From positions 116,872,001 through 116,936,000 of the forward strand of contig CM059431.1 in the NCBI GenBank assembly GCA_030390025.1: 64,000 nt of DNA. The letters run 5' to 3'. Made by a program: the position numbers and the translations under genes. The first letter of the stretch is position 1. Every line of letters starts with the position of its first letter. The notes beneath the pieces were generated by a model, which had not been told where the DNA came from, searched no databases, and was given only the letters and a program-made list of their open reading frames with translations. This document shows, one piece after another, positions 34,615-48,125 of the stretch. This DNA is from Squalus acanthias. Its lineage: Eukaryota.

Positions 34615-37600
34615 ATTACTTCTGTATCAAACTCGCAAACTCAATCTCTGTACGCTCTTTGGTGATGAGTTGCAGAATTCTCGGGGGTAGTTAACCGGAC
34701 CCTCATAATATCCGGAACGTTACAGTCTAGCTAAACTTATTAAAAGTGCTATCTGGAGGATGGTAACATTTTCAGGTTGTTCCTTTCCTTTAGGGGGAGA
34801 TGGTCCAGACCTTTAGACCCAATTAAACGTCTTTAGGATTCGGCTACCTCAAACTTTAGTTGAAAGTGAACATCTGGGGAATACGCCTGATCCGGGGTAG
34901 CCCTAAAGGGGCTAGGACTAGTAATAATCCCTTCAACCAGACAGCACATCCCGACCCCCATAGACCTCCACGGCCAGGTACTCTATCTATTTAAAGACGT
35001 GCTCTTGGGAAAGCTGCTGATCCACATAATTCTGACCTTTACCTGGGTAACTGCCAGAGCCTAAATTAGAAAACAAATTAAACACATCCATTCTTAATTT
35101 GAAATGTTAATAGAGAAGTGACTGTGCCACGTGCTGGGATGAATGTGGCTATTACAGTTTACCTGCACTCTCGTTTGAGAATCATGAAGAATGTTTGAGT
35201 ACTGTATATTTGTACAATATACTATTATTTCTTCAGAGCATGGAATCCAGTATTTGTACATCATTCACATCATGTTTAAATGCAATAGCTCCTTACAAGT
35301 TAAATTGGTGTCAGTATGCAGCCACAATTGTCCCGGTACATGGAATCTTGTATTTGGATCAGAAAAATTAAATACCAAAAGAAGTTTGTTTAAATTTTTT
35401 TTTTTAATTGCTCTTCTGGGCCCCACAAAGATAGTTTGGGCCACTGCTGCCCCAAATCCCCCCCCCCACCCTTTTTATTCTGAAACCCTTTTGAAACTCC
35501 CCTCCACCCTTCGTGACTTACTTGACTCCCTGCTGGTGGTCTCGGGCCCACCCGATCTTTGTGGGCCAAAATGCAGCAAGCCGCTTCGGGATGTCTTTTT
35601 CGGGCAGGCAGCTGGCTGGCAGAATGTTAATGAGCCCCGGCCATTGTAATGGACCAGGCCTTCCACTGCAGTATCTGAGTGGGAGGTTAAAATTCCCCCA
35701 TACAGTCTTGGAATGATTTGAATACTCATGACCTTTTCACTCAGTTAACCAAAAGAGGGAGCCCACTGATTGTCACATCAGTCAGTGCTTTCATCTGTTA
35801 CTCAGGAAACCACCAGACCTCTTGGATCTGCGCCTGTAATTAGTCACAGTGCATCTTGATGAGACTTTTAGCTAAATGTGGCATTTAAATCTAGCAATAA
35901 TAAATAAAAAAGAATTCAATGATGGCAGGTGCTAGTATGCCAGAAGCACAGTGATAGTCGCTTGCTATAAGGCACCCCAACATGTTAGATTCCACTTTAG
36001 CCAAGGTTATGGGAATAATATTCACCAGCCACTACACCGCACTTCGTGCAGTGTCAATAAAAAGGCAATCAGTAGAATGCAATTAAAAAAAATCCTGTTC
36101 TGTAATTATTTTGTTCAACTGTGCAGCAGAGGCTGTTTATTATCTCTCAGTATTTGTTGTCTTAACCGTGTGAGGTTAGTGTTTATTCACCAGGGTAAAC
36201 ACAGTAATTATATGATCAAAATTTAAAAAACCTAATTAAAGTACTGAATGATGCCTGAACTTATGTGTAGCGGTGTCTTGGACTGTTCCTCCAGAATAGA
36301 AACTAGCTTCATAAATATTGTACCACCTGAAGAACTGTCAGAACATTGAAGCCTAGATATAGGCTAGTGGAAGCAAATAAAATATCAAATCATTTTGTTT
36401 GATATTAAGAATACAGTTTTGTTTGCAGAATTTGATAATCTAAATCATTATAAAACAGTCATTTTGCAAAAACTGCATGGCTGTTAGTGCTCATCCAAGG
36501 GACACCTCAGACCCACAGTATATGGCTGACTGTATATCACAATTACATATACATTTTCCATCTAGGGTATCTGTAATTTTGCCAACAATGTAACAATACT
36601 TGGAAAAAGCAATGCCATGTTCTGTGATGGAGCTTCTCAATTTCCAACAATGGATTTTACAGGTGTCTTAAAATGCAATTATGTCTGTTCATTGGTGGGC
36701 AGATTGGTAGCCATGTTGCAGGTTCGAAACGTTGAAGTAGCCTGCACACAACACCCCTAGTTTGAACTCAGAGCTGTTGCTAAAACGACAAGGCCAGATA
36801 AAAGATAGTAACAGTGGAATCTTCAGAACATGTACCGGTCCGGAAAAGATCATTTTGGTACATCTGGCTGGGCCCAAAGTTCACACGCACATATGTAAAC
36901 AGATATGTATCCAAGGCCCTGACATTTTGCTGTTGGCATGTGTTTTAGTTCCATGGATGTCTAATGGTGATTATGGGTTTAAATCCTTCTGGTCAAAGAT
37001 GCACATGAGATCCCCAACAATTTCAGTGAGGCATAATCACAGGCAATTGTTACTGAGATTGGTGAAGATGCGCAAGTAAATATATTTTAGGGTATGGGAA
37101 GCCAAAGCTTGAACATCCATTCATGAACATCTCCATTGCAACTTCTTTATTACTGTCCATCAGTTTGGCTCAAATAGTAGTACTCTCAGAAAGTTGCAGG
37201 TTCAAGCCCCACCCCAGCACTTGAACATATATGCCTCAAATTTCTTCACTACTTTTAGCAAGACAGGAGAGTAATATGGGCATGTGTCATTTTCCAGGGA
37301 CAGATTTTGAGGTGGGACCTGCTTCCAGCTGGTTTCCACTCTTTTTTGGCATCCACGGAAATTTCCAATCCATTTAGGTGAAGGTAAGCATCTGAAGGAT
37401 ATCTCCCAGGTGGAAGCAGATACCTGGACAGGGTCCTATCAAAGGTGAAGATACAGCTGTAAGAGGTTGCATGCAAGTAAGGCTCATGAGTAGAGATCTA
37501 AACACAGGTTCCAGGTGGAAGCGTTAGACAGCTTTTGAACCACGGCGCTCTGTGAATGAAGACTTACCATTCCATTTAAGAAGCGAGGGATGATCTGTCT

Positions 37601-37639
37601 GGCAGTGAGGGAGCGTACCTTGGAGATGTAGTGAAAAAA

Positions 37640-38130
37640 GGAGTTCTCTTATTTTGCATGCTCTCGTAAGGTCATTGAATATTTTTGCGGCATTGGTCAG
37701 GTGGCCTGGTGATGAAAGAGGTGACAGTGAGTGGCACTGCCACCTAGAATCATAGAATCTTACAGCATTCTATTTGACCCATCGTGCCTGTGCCAGTTCT
37801 TTTGAAAGAGCTGTCCAATTTAGTTCCGCACCCCAGCTTTCTCCCCATAACCCTGCAAATTAGTCCTCTTCAAATACATGTCCAATTGCCTTTTGAAAGT
37901 CTCGATGGAATCTGATTCCACCACCCTTGCAGGTAGTGCGTTCCAGATCTTAACAACCCTCTGTGTGAGGAAATCTCTCCTCATTTCCCTTTCACAGCTT
38001 CACTAAATCTATCTTTTTTGACAATTATTTGTAATCTATGACCTCGCTCCACACAACTCGGGAACTCCCTTTGCTGGGCTTTATCCTTGAAGTTACATCT
38101 TGACTCTGAGGACTTGTATGTCAGCATTTC
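37640..38130 (-). mobile_element. Old Myb exon-1 relic interrupted by a CR1 3' fragment (about 37747-38050, minus)
   Basis: Minus strand DQCRK..FNDLTRAC at about 37655-37700; CR1 tail tagaatcatagaatc at about 37745. Confidence 0.6.
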
Positions 38131-38369
38131 TAAAGGTCTGGATTCTCCTCTTTGGTCTCCCATCAGTCAGCTGAGATTATCCGTGGGCTCCTCTGCCAGC
38201 ACTTGACTCCCATTTTACATGGGAGTTGCACAGGTGCCACGGTAACAACATGCAAATGAGGTGACCCCACAAATTCTGGTGGGATCAGTGGCATATGTCA
38301 CCGGCAGATGATGGTCCCATCCCTTTGGTGCAACGAAGGTGTAGATAGGCTCACTGAATTTTCGGTACC

Positions 38370-38670
38370 ATCCTTCAGATGAAATATTCAATTCTGTCTG
38401 TTTTGAGAATTCATGACATTAATTGAAGAAGAGCATGGAGTTGCCCCAGTGCCCTGGGTGTTATTCCTCCCTCAATCAATGCCTCTAAAGCAAATTCATT
38501 GGTTACTTCTATCACTCCTGTTTGTGGGATATTGCTGTGTGTAAAATGGCTGCCACGCTTGCTTATTCAACAGTCGATGCGCTGCAAAGTAATTTATGAC
38601 CTCTGAAGCACTTTGAAATATTTCTCAGAGACATGAAAAAGTGCCATATAAAGGCAAGACTTTCTTTCCA
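38370..38670 (+). mobile_element. Degenerate SacSINE1-like DeuSINE, 3' part
   Basis: ttcagatga...gaagaagagcatggagttgcccc...aaggcaagactttcttt matches 39793-40264. Confidence 0.7.
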
Positions 38671-39098
38671 GTCACGTAAAGAAATAGTGCACATTACATT
38701 CAGAGTTTAACTAAGCCTGTTGCAAATGTGTCTTGCTGGGGGCCCAGGTTAATATAATGCTTACAGTTCTTCTTATATCGTCACGGATTTTTGTCCCAGA
38801 GCTATCTGTCACTCAAATCCGCCAGCCAGAGTTAGAATGAGTTTTGCCAGTACTTGCCCAGGTGATCGAATAGAATGCCTCATGGCAGAAGAGTGGTGAC
38901 GGGAAAAAAAACCCAATAGCAACATTTGACATTCCCCTGCTGAAAAGGAGTGCATTGATATTGTTGTGAGCTTTTCCTATCCCTTAGAGCTCTATAAGAT
39001 CCTATGGTTCCAGGCAGTTAAACAGCAGCTTGTAATGTAGTGAACCATGTGCAGTAATAAAGAGGATTGTATTCTACTAAATAGTTACATCATTCTAA

Positions 39099-39184
39099 AT
39101 GTTATAAAGGGAGTTACGGTCAGATGCTTATTGATGTCTCTGATTCATCAATAAGCATCTGACCAAAGCTCCCTTTGTTAGCAT
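39099..39184. repeat. Isolated about 86-nt hairpin with perfect 19-bp core
   Basis: ggtcagatgcttattgatg (39118-39136) / catcaataagcatctgacc (39146-39164); outer aaagggag/ctcccttt. Confidence 0.9.
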
Positions 39185-39399
39185 GATTTATGTTTTAAAA
39201 TTTCTGGTTAGAGGACACCTGGGAGTAAAAATTTTGTGTACAACTCTCTCTTGCGTGGTATCATGAAGTTCGACCCCATTGATGTTAGGAGAGGAAATGG
39301 TGGTTTATTTCTGCTCCAAGGCTACCTCTAGTCAGCAACTTTAAAGTATTAAACATGGTAACAAGAAGAAACTGAGTAAGTATGCAGCTATCTGCTATT

Positions 39400-39790
39400 T
39401 CCTCTTGCAATTTTCTTCTCCAATTTTTTCCCCTCTCTTCGCCAGAGGGTATTTATTTGCTGTTATGGTATGGTACGATGGACTTCAATCAATACCTTAC
39501 CCTAGTGGCTATTATTCAAGTGTGAGCCTTGATAGTGAGTATTGGTATGTTATTCAACTAATCAGAGCAAATCATAACCAAGGCCAATTCTTAACTCACC
39601 TGACATTTACACATGCATACTATCAGCAGGAGATACAGTATGTTGAATAGGAATATGGATTGTAGCTGATTTTACCCTCATCAACCCAGGAGCTCAAAAT
39701 TCAGCTACAGCACCAATATTACCACCCTAACTGAGATTAGCTAGCTCATGACAGACCAAGGATTAAACCTGGGACACTTCCTAGTGTTGC
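39400..39790 (-). mobile_element. Ancient tRNA-derived SINE (AmnSINE2-like); its head appears split by the younger SINE at 39793
   Basis: ctgagattagctagctcatgacagaccaaggattaaacctggga; resumes gtctgtatg...acccactgag after 40265; similar to 25200 and 51230. Confidence 0.5.
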
Positions 39791-39792
39791 TA

Positions 39793-40264
39793 GTGTTCGC
39801 TGTGGCTCAGTTGGTAGCACTCTCACCTCTGAGTCAGAAGGTTGTAGACTCAAGTTTCCACTCCAGAGACTTGAGCACAAAAGATCTAGGCTGACACTCC
39901 AGTGCAGTACTGAAGGAATGCTGCACTGTCGGGGGTGCCGTCTTTCAGATGAGATGTTAAACCGAGGCCCTGTCTGCCGTCTCAGGTGGACACCAAACAT
40001 CCCATGGCACTATTTCGAAGAAGAGCAGGGGAGTTATCCCCAGTGTCCTGGCCAATATTTATCCCTCAATCAACATCACAAAAAACAGATGATCTGGTCA
40101 TTATCACATTGCTGTCATGGAAGTTTGCTGTGTGCAATTTGGCTGCCACGTTTCCTACATTACAACAGTGACTACACTTCAAAAGAACTTCATTGGCTGT
40201 AAAGCACTTTGGGACGTCCTGAGGTTGTGAATGGCACTACATAAATGCAAGTCTTTCTTTCTTT
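39793..40264 (+). mobile_element. SacSINE1-like DeuSINE, full length
   Basis: tRNA-like head (tggctcagttggtagc), Deu-domain ggtgccgtctttcagatgagatgttaaaccgagg...cccatggcac, (CTTT)n tail; several copies in the window. Confidence 0.9.
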
Positions 40265-40988
40265 AGTCTGTATGATATAATTACTCATTAGATAAACGTG
40301 TTGACCCACTGAGAGGACAAGTCAGACATGTTTTTCTAATACTCAAAACAATGAAGTGCACTTACTTACTCTTTAGCAATATTAAGGTAAATTTTATAAA
40401 TGCATATTCCCAATGTGGAGTTTCACCCACTGGGAGTGTTTAGCATGAATCTGAGCATTTGTCACTCCTGATTTTCTGCCTAAATTCCTGATATGCTTTA
40501 CAGGAAATGTGCCTTCATAAAATGTGTGCTCTTCTCTCTTTTGTGCTGTAACATGATATAGGATTTTGTAATTGTGGCACTGGCCAATTTATGTTTTTTA
40601 CAAATAATAATATAGCACATTTGCAGCGTACCTAATCACCACCAGAACAGTTCCAGCTCCAAGCACTAACAACACTCATCTTTATGTGCACGAAAAGAAA
40701 AATAACTATCTGTTGTAAGTGGATTCTCACCGACAGTGCCACATACAGTTGGCCCGTAATTTCCTGGAATTTTGTGTTATAACTATGGCACATGATCAGT
40801 GCTGCACTGTTTTCTGCATTTCTGCCAGTGACATGCTGGCGTAGATTGACATCCAAAGATTTTGCTGCAGCACCAGCTGAAGTCACCTGGTATGAACATA
40901 ATCGATAGTTCTGGAGTTGATAGCGATTTTTTCTTAGCATTTAAAAAAAATGTTTTCTTACTGAGACCTGTGCTCTAGATAACCAAAA

Positions 40989-42745
40989 GGGGGAAATTTT
41001 CGAGGGGTCAGCGGACGCGTTTGGTGGCAGGTCAGGTGGGAATTTTTTTTTCTGACAGCGGATAGGGAACCCGCTGTCAACCCGCCTCCACACTAGTCTC
41101 CCAGATGTCAGGTCTGTCATCGCTGAACAGACCCAGCACCAAGTGGTGGAGGAGGCAATTTAGATTATTAAGAGCTATTTTAAGTTACCTTTAGAGTTTA
41201 AGAGTCCGCCCATGGCTTCCCCACTGCTCGGGGATCACGTCAGGTAAGCAGGTCCAGAGTTGTGTCAGCATGGGATGATTTCTTTACTTGACAGCTGCAA
41301 ATGGTCAATAAAAACTCCCATTTCATAGCTGTTCACTTTCCAAATTTAGAAGCTGTTGCTTACTGCATTTGGAAGACAGATTGAGCTTTACGCAGCCTGC
41401 AAGTGTTAGGAGCAAACTCTTTATCCAGTGTCACCTCTTTGGAACAACCTCTCTCACCATTGACAGATTGCTTCTGTCTTCTCAACCTCACCTGCCATCT
41501 ATTCCATCAGCATCGGTGCCCTTGAAACTATCATACCTTGGTCCTCAGAATCCCACCACAATCAGCCCCAGCACCAGCAGCACCAGGCACACCAGCAGCA
41601 CCAACAACAACGCCAACCTTCTTCGCAATCAACTGATGCTGCACAGGACACAGGGCATCAGCACCCGACTACATTGCTGCCCATGATGCCAGGGATGGCC
41701 TCACCATAGGCCAGGTTTACTTCACTTGACGCTGCACACCCTGGCTGCCACATGATGCACCAGGTTGGCACCACCCCACACCAACAACATAAAGCATCCC
41801 TACAATGTCCAAGCCATTCGTTTCATACTCATCACCATTGCGGGGGGTACCGTTACGTCTCACCATTCACTGCAACTCACTAAGCCACTTCCAAAGGTGC
41901 ACACAAATCTGTCCAAGAAGGCAAAGTGTTGAAAATAAAGATTTCAATGTTTGACAGCACATTAACAGAAACTTCACATGAACATTGCATAAAACACCCA
42001 AGTGCCTACTCCTGTGTGTTGTTAGTTGGTATGTTTGGACTAGGATGAGGGTGAGTGTGAGGGGTGGCTAGTGAGATGGGGAAGTGATAATGTAGATAGA
42101 GAGGAATGGGTGGGTGCAAGGTAAGTTGGTGTGAGTATGGATGTGCAGGAGTAGGGTAGGGAAGACAGAGTGATGGGGATGTGCTGAGAGGCACAGCAGG
42201 ATGAGGCTAAGTGTGGCTTTGCATTAACATTTCGTGATCTACTGGGATTATTGAAAGGTTTGCGCCACTGCAGCCTGGTCCTCCTGATGACATCCCTGCT
42301 TGTGCCCTCCTGTGCAATGTGCAACCGGGCTGCATTGGTTTCCTGGGGAGGTCTCTTCTGCCCATGGGAAAGGAAAAGAACCTTCCTGCGTGCTGTGACT
42401 CCCTCCATAAGCATATGGAGGCAGTAATGGGAGAGCCTGGGTGCAGCCCTGCACCTTTGTGCAGTGCTTGTCAGTGTTTGCAACAACTCAATGCTGTAGA
42501 ACACTGACAGCAGAACTGTCAAAATGATTATGGACATGGTCCCTTTAAGAAAACCGGCTGATGATGTGTCATCAAGTGACATCATCAGACCCGCTTCCTT
42601 CAATTGGCCGGCAAACACGCTGGGTGGGCTTAACAAGGCCAATCAGTGTAAAATCATTTCACAGAGCAGGCTGGAGCCAGCAGCGGGGTCGCGCCCCGCA
42701 ACCGACCCCGGCCACACCGGACCCGCGGTAGGCAAATTCACGGCC
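40989..42745. mobile_element. Harbinger family B, multiply deleted (transposase ends +, Myb exon 1 -)
   Basis: 41510-41730 matches transposase N- and C-termini; 42220-42470 - APRLSHYCLHMLMEGVTARRKVLF...QWRKPFNN; AAA at both flanks; TIRs diverged. Confidence 0.78.
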
Positions 42746-44199
42746 AAAGTGTCAGTCAGAGTGCCAGTCAGACCCTCGCCCTTCTATGTGTTCAGACTAA
42801 GCTGCTGGAATGGCCTACCCTGTTGGAGAAACCCTTGTTCTGTATAATAATGGAAGAAGGAGAGGAGCAGCAGAGGCAAGAGGCTCTGAGAATGAGCCGC
42901 CATGACAGAAGACAGCAGACCCCTCACTATCATCCCTATTGGTGACGTCACTTTTGTATTTGTTTTATGCCGTTTTTCATGTTCTGCCGTTGGCAAATAA
43001 GCTCCGTAACAAATTTTTAGTTAAGTTTCCATCGGCAAGATTGGCATAGAAACCGGCATAAATTCTGGCGGAATTTCTGTGTAAGTGTGAGCAAGGAAAT
43101 TCCAGGCTAGTGCGTTCCTATTTTCAAAGAAGTTGTCAGGTACGAGTCCCAAGACTGCGTCTCCATTGAAATGTCGGAAAAATAAGTCCATTCAAACTGG
43201 CACTATGCACCTCTTGGCAGCCACTTGCAGAATAAGATTAGTGGAGGTCTTGAAAAGGCTTCCTATCTGTCCTCTCAGTTGCTGACACTAGTGACATTGG
43301 GTTCTCACCTACATTGTCACACACAGTGGACCTAAAAGACAAAGAAGAAAATAACATTTTTAATAATTGGGAGAAGGGGCATGGCCTCATTTAATATTTT
43401 TAGATTTCCTGGTGTGATATTGCACTAGACATGTTTTAATTAGAATTTTAGATTTCCTTGGATTTAATTGTTAAAAGCTCTTTCCTCAAATGACAGACTC
43501 TAGCCTACACGTATTCTGTACATTGCTCAACAAGTTTAACAAAAGAATTGCCCCTCTGCTGTCTTACGTGAACTTGGTGCAAAGCCAAGCATGACTTTTG
43601 TAAGTGCTGGATACAGGATCCTCCCTCATACTTTCTAATGCCTTATAGAGACTCAACACTATGGCCGCGATTTTGCCAGCACTCAGAGGGCGGGTTTGGA
43701 GGCGGGTCAGAGGTTAAATGCGTTTTGATTGACGGCGGGTTGCGAACCCGCCGTCAACCCACCTCCACGCAATTTTGCAAAGTGTCGGGTCTGGGAGTCC
43801 CGATCAGACCCGACACCAAGCGGCAGGAGAGGCACTTAAGGCAGTTTCCAGCTTGTTAACTGCCTACATAATCCAATTTTAGCAGGCTCTTCCCATTTTA
43901 TGGCATTTTCAGTGTGTCCCACGCTGTTCGCAAAACTCGCCAGCTGATTGTGCCGGGTTCCGCAACTACGCGAATTCTTGACAGCTGCACCTGCAGCATA
44001 AAAGTGGACTTGTAACATGGCTGACTTTCAGATGGCAGAACTTTGTTTTTTGAGGTGTTGGAACACATTTTGCAGACCTATTGAGCTTGTAAGTGGTGAA
44101 GCTGATATCCATATGGACTGTGACCTCCTTGAAAAACCCTCTCCCCACATTGACTGAGCGCTCATAACATCTATTCCTCAACTGAGATATATACCAGCG

Positions 44200-45427
44200 G
44201 AATTGGAACCATTTATACCCTCTCATCCTGGTCCTCAGAATCGGAGGAAGAGCATCCGTGGCAGCAGCAGAACCAGGCACAACAGCAGTAGCAACAGCAG
44301 GAGCGCCAACCTTCTCCTCACCCACCTGATGATGCACAGGGCAGAGGGCGTCAGCGCAGGGCTGCACCTCGCCGCAGGAGATACCCTCAACACTGGGTTT
44401 ACAGGCCGAGGATGAGCTTCCTCAACATGAGTGAGCAGCAGTGCCAAAGGAGGCTGAGACTTTTGCGAGATGTAGTCGCTGACATCTGCGCAATGCTGCA
44501 CCAACACCTGGAGCCCAGAGGAGCGGGTGGACACTCCTTACCAGTGGCTGTCAAAGTCACCACCGCACTCAATTTTTTTGCTTCAGGGTCCTTCTAGGGA
44601 TCATCAGCAGACATCAGCAGCATCTCCCAGTCGGCCGCATGCACTTGCATCACACAGGTTACTGATGCCCTCTTTGCAAAGGCGCACAATTACATCCACT
44701 TCTCCACGGATGAAGAAGTGTAACCGCGCATGCGGTTAGCTTTGCAAATATGGCAGGCTTGCCAAGAGTGCAGGGCCTCATAGACTGCACACATGTGGCC
44801 ATTAGGGCACCCCATCACAACCCAGCTGTATTTGTCAACCGCAAGCACTTCCACTCACTTAACGTGCAGCTGGTGTGTAACCACAGGAAGAACATTATGC
44901 ATGCTTGCGCCAAGTTCCCTGGCAGTTGCCATGACTCCGTCATCCTGCGTCAGTCTACTGTGCTTCAGCTCTTCAATCCACCAACCGAACTTTCCAGATG
45001 GCTACTTGGAGACAAGGGCTATCCCCTGAAGATGTGGCTAATGATGCCGTTGAAGAGGCCATCAAACGAAACTGAGGAGCGTTACAATGTGAGCCACATT
45101 TCCACCAGAACCATCATTGAGCAAACCATCGGCTTGCTCAAAATGAGATTCAGATGCCTCGACAGATCAGGTGGAGCCCTACAGTACGCACCAGCCAGGG
45201 TCTCCAGAATCATCGTGGTCTTCTGTGCACTGCACAACATCGCACAGCAGCATGGCTTACCACTGCCTGAGGAACAAGTGGCTCAGCGCACAGCCTCCTC
45301 CTTAGAGGAGGAGGAGGAGGAGAAGAAGGAAGACCTTGCGGATGCGGATGTGCTAGTTCCACCAGCACGCGAGCACATTGCTAGCCGTGAGGCAAGGGAT
45401 GCACTAATCCATGCCAGATTCACTTAA
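44200..45427 (+). pseudogene. Harbinger transposase pseudogene with in-frame stops
   Basis: ORFs 44412..44597 and 44750..45427: [40 protein letters not shown]. Confidence 0.9.
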
Positions 45428-45699
45428 GTTTACGAAGCAAACACATGTGGCTGCCACCTTCTTAACACATCATACACAATCTGTACAATAAACTGTGGGT
45501 TCCTACCACTCTCACCACCATCATTACAGATGAAAGGCGCCCTGACACCTCACTGTGACACTTCCATTTCTGGGCACATATAGGCCAACTCTTTGAATGT
45601 TTGCCATCGCATTTCATTATTACAATTGAAATGACGATGATAATCTTAAATTTGTATTACATCAAAACACCCAAGTGACTACCCTTGTGACTATTTGTG

Positions 45700-48125
45700 T
45701 GTTAACTTCCTCTTACGCGTGCTTCTATGTGGTGCTTCCCCTGTGGCTTCCGCAGATGTGGAGGCACCTTGCTCACTTTCATGCTGCTCCTGCTTTGACA
45801 CTTTTGGCTGTCATCCTCATGAGTTTGCGAGCCTGGGAGGGCTCGGCAACGGTCTGCTCCTCCTGTGGCTGTGCAGGGGCTGAGACGACCATCTCAGTTG
45901 GGTGAGGAATCTGAGGCTCTGACCGAGGGCTCCGCAGTGGCATGGGAGTGTGAGCGCTTGGAGAGGAGCCCACACTTCCTTGTTGTTGACCACCAACATC
46001 CTTCTCATGGGTCGCCCGCACTTCACTGCTAGCAAGTAGCTGGACAGCACCTTGCTGCACATCAGTGGGGCCATGAGAACCCGTCTCTGTACTGACAGTC
46101 CTCATAACGGGGACGTCCATGTACCTCTGGTGTCTCTCCTGGATAGCTGCCCATCTATCCTCCATAACAGACCATCTATTTGGAAGAGTCACCGTGATCT
46201 GTTGAATCTGGCGACTTATGTCCTCCAAGGAGGTTGCCACCCTCTCCATGGTGGCACGTTCATGTGCCATTACCTCCACCATGGCATTGCTTATGTTTGA
46301 GATGGACTCCTCCATTCTCTGCACACTCGCAGTTACCGTGGATGCAAAACTGTCAGAGACTCCTGCACTTGTTGCTGAAGTTCCAGTACCGCTCTCTTTC
46401 TGGATGGCCCCAGAGGCACAGGGTCCACATGCAGCCTCCGACGAGGACTCTCCACCTATCCCTGTCTCCACCATCTGCTGATGCTCACTTGTGAGATGTG
46501 ATACGCCAGGTGAAAACACTTGTCTATCTCGCGAATGACCCTAGGAAGGACAGAGGATCAGAGGGACCTTGGTGTGCATGTACATAGATCTCTGAAGGCA
46601 GCAGAACAGGTAGATAAGGTGGTTAAAAAGACATATGGGATACTTGCCTTCATTAGCCGAGGCATAGAATATAAGAGCAGGGAGGTTATGATGGAGCTGT
46701 ACAAAACGCTAGTTAGGCCATAGCTGGAATAATGTGTGCAGTTCTGGTCGCCACACTATAGGAAGGATGTGATTGCATTGGAGAGGGTGCAGAGGAGATT
46801 CTCCAGGATGTTACCTGGGCTGGAGCGCTTCAGCTATGAAGAGAGACTGGACAGGCTGGGGTTGTTTTCCTTAGAGCAGAGAAGGCTTAGGGGGGACCTG
46901 ATTGAGATGTACAAAATTATGAGGGGCATAGATAGGGTAGATAGAAAGGAACTTTTCCCCTTAGTAGAGGGGTCAATAACCAGGGGGCAGAGTTTCAAGG
47001 TAAGGCGCATGAGGTTTAGAGGGGTTTTGAGGAAAAACTTTTTCACCCAGAGGGTGGTTGGAGTCTGGAACTCACTGCCTGAAAAGGTGGTAGAGGCAGG
47101 AACCCTCACAACATTCAAGAAGCCTTTAGATGAGCACTTGAAACACCATAGCATACAAGGCTACAGACCAAGTGCTGGAAAATGGGATTAGAATAGACAG
47201 GGCTTGATGGCTGGTGTGGACACGATGGGCCGAAGGGCCTCTTTCTGTGCTGTATAACTCTATGACTCTATGACTCTAAGGTGTGCATCTCTGCGCTGGT
47301 GCTGGGTGCGCTCAATTCTGCTGACACTGCGCCCTCAGAGGTTGCAGCTTCCTCTGAGGAGTCTTCCGTCTTTTCCTCCTGGACAGTGGGGAGCGGGGCT
47401 CTCGATGGTCCTGTGGGGGAGTAAAGGCATGAGTTACACATGTGAAGTTAACGTAGCAGACACATCCAATTGTGCAGATGATCATAACTCAATCTGTATG
47501 CACATCAGATGCCATATCAGTCACTCATGCAATCTAAATGAGAGGGTTGCAAATCTATTCTGTCAGCAGCTTGCTCTACTGCGCCCATCTGACCGTCCCC
47601 CACTTCCAGCTCCTCAGCACCTCCGACGATTTTGAGAGCAGCCTCCTCAGCGGTGGTCAAGCTGGGCATTCGAAGGTGGTCCTCCTCCTGTCCTGCCCCT
47701 CTCCCTCTTATTGTGGGCTCTCTTTTCTGCAATGAGGGACACAAGTGGAGTTGAAGTGAGAATGTTGGAGTGAGTGTAGAGAATCCATAGCATAGATGCT
47801 TAGAGGGAGACAAAGATGGAGTGAAGTGCCAATGCCAAGGGCCCTCTGTGTTCGTTGTTAGTTGTTGTCATTGCATAACAGTGATAGCGAGTGTGAGGTG
47901 TGCATAGTAGAATGGTGAAGTGATTCTGTACATAGAGAGAGAGGGATGGTTAAGGGTGCAAGGGGTGTAACGGTAAGTTGGGATGTGCAGGAGTAGGTTG
48001 ACAATGCAGAGTGCTGGTGATGAGAGGAGATGGGGAGCAGATTGAAGGTAAGTGTGATGTTATACTCACTTTTGCTGTGCGTAGCAGATCATTGAACCTT
48101 TTCCTGCACTGAACCCAGGTGCAAC
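45700..48125 (-). pseudogene. Myb/SANT-like partner pseudogene; most of exon 1 deleted, last exon split by CR1
   Basis: WVQCRKRFNDLLRTAK|gtgagt near 48070; exon 2 LTTAEEAALKIVGG; last exon in ORF 45779..46519. Confidence 0.82.
46536..47278 (+). mobile_element. CR1 3' fragment inside the Harbinger Myb gene
   Basis: QRDLGVHVHRSL...FFTQRVVGVWNSLP; tail (TATGACTC)n. Confidence 0.93.

Noticed and set aside
34660..35060. Possible very old Myb-like relic on the minus strand (IEYLAVEVYGGRDVL)
   Set aside because: Similarity too faint to support without a profile search.
39793..39870. tRNA genes here and at 49680, 55935, 57850 and 7120
   Set aside because: tRNA-like heads continue into SINE bodies; no complete cloverleaf.
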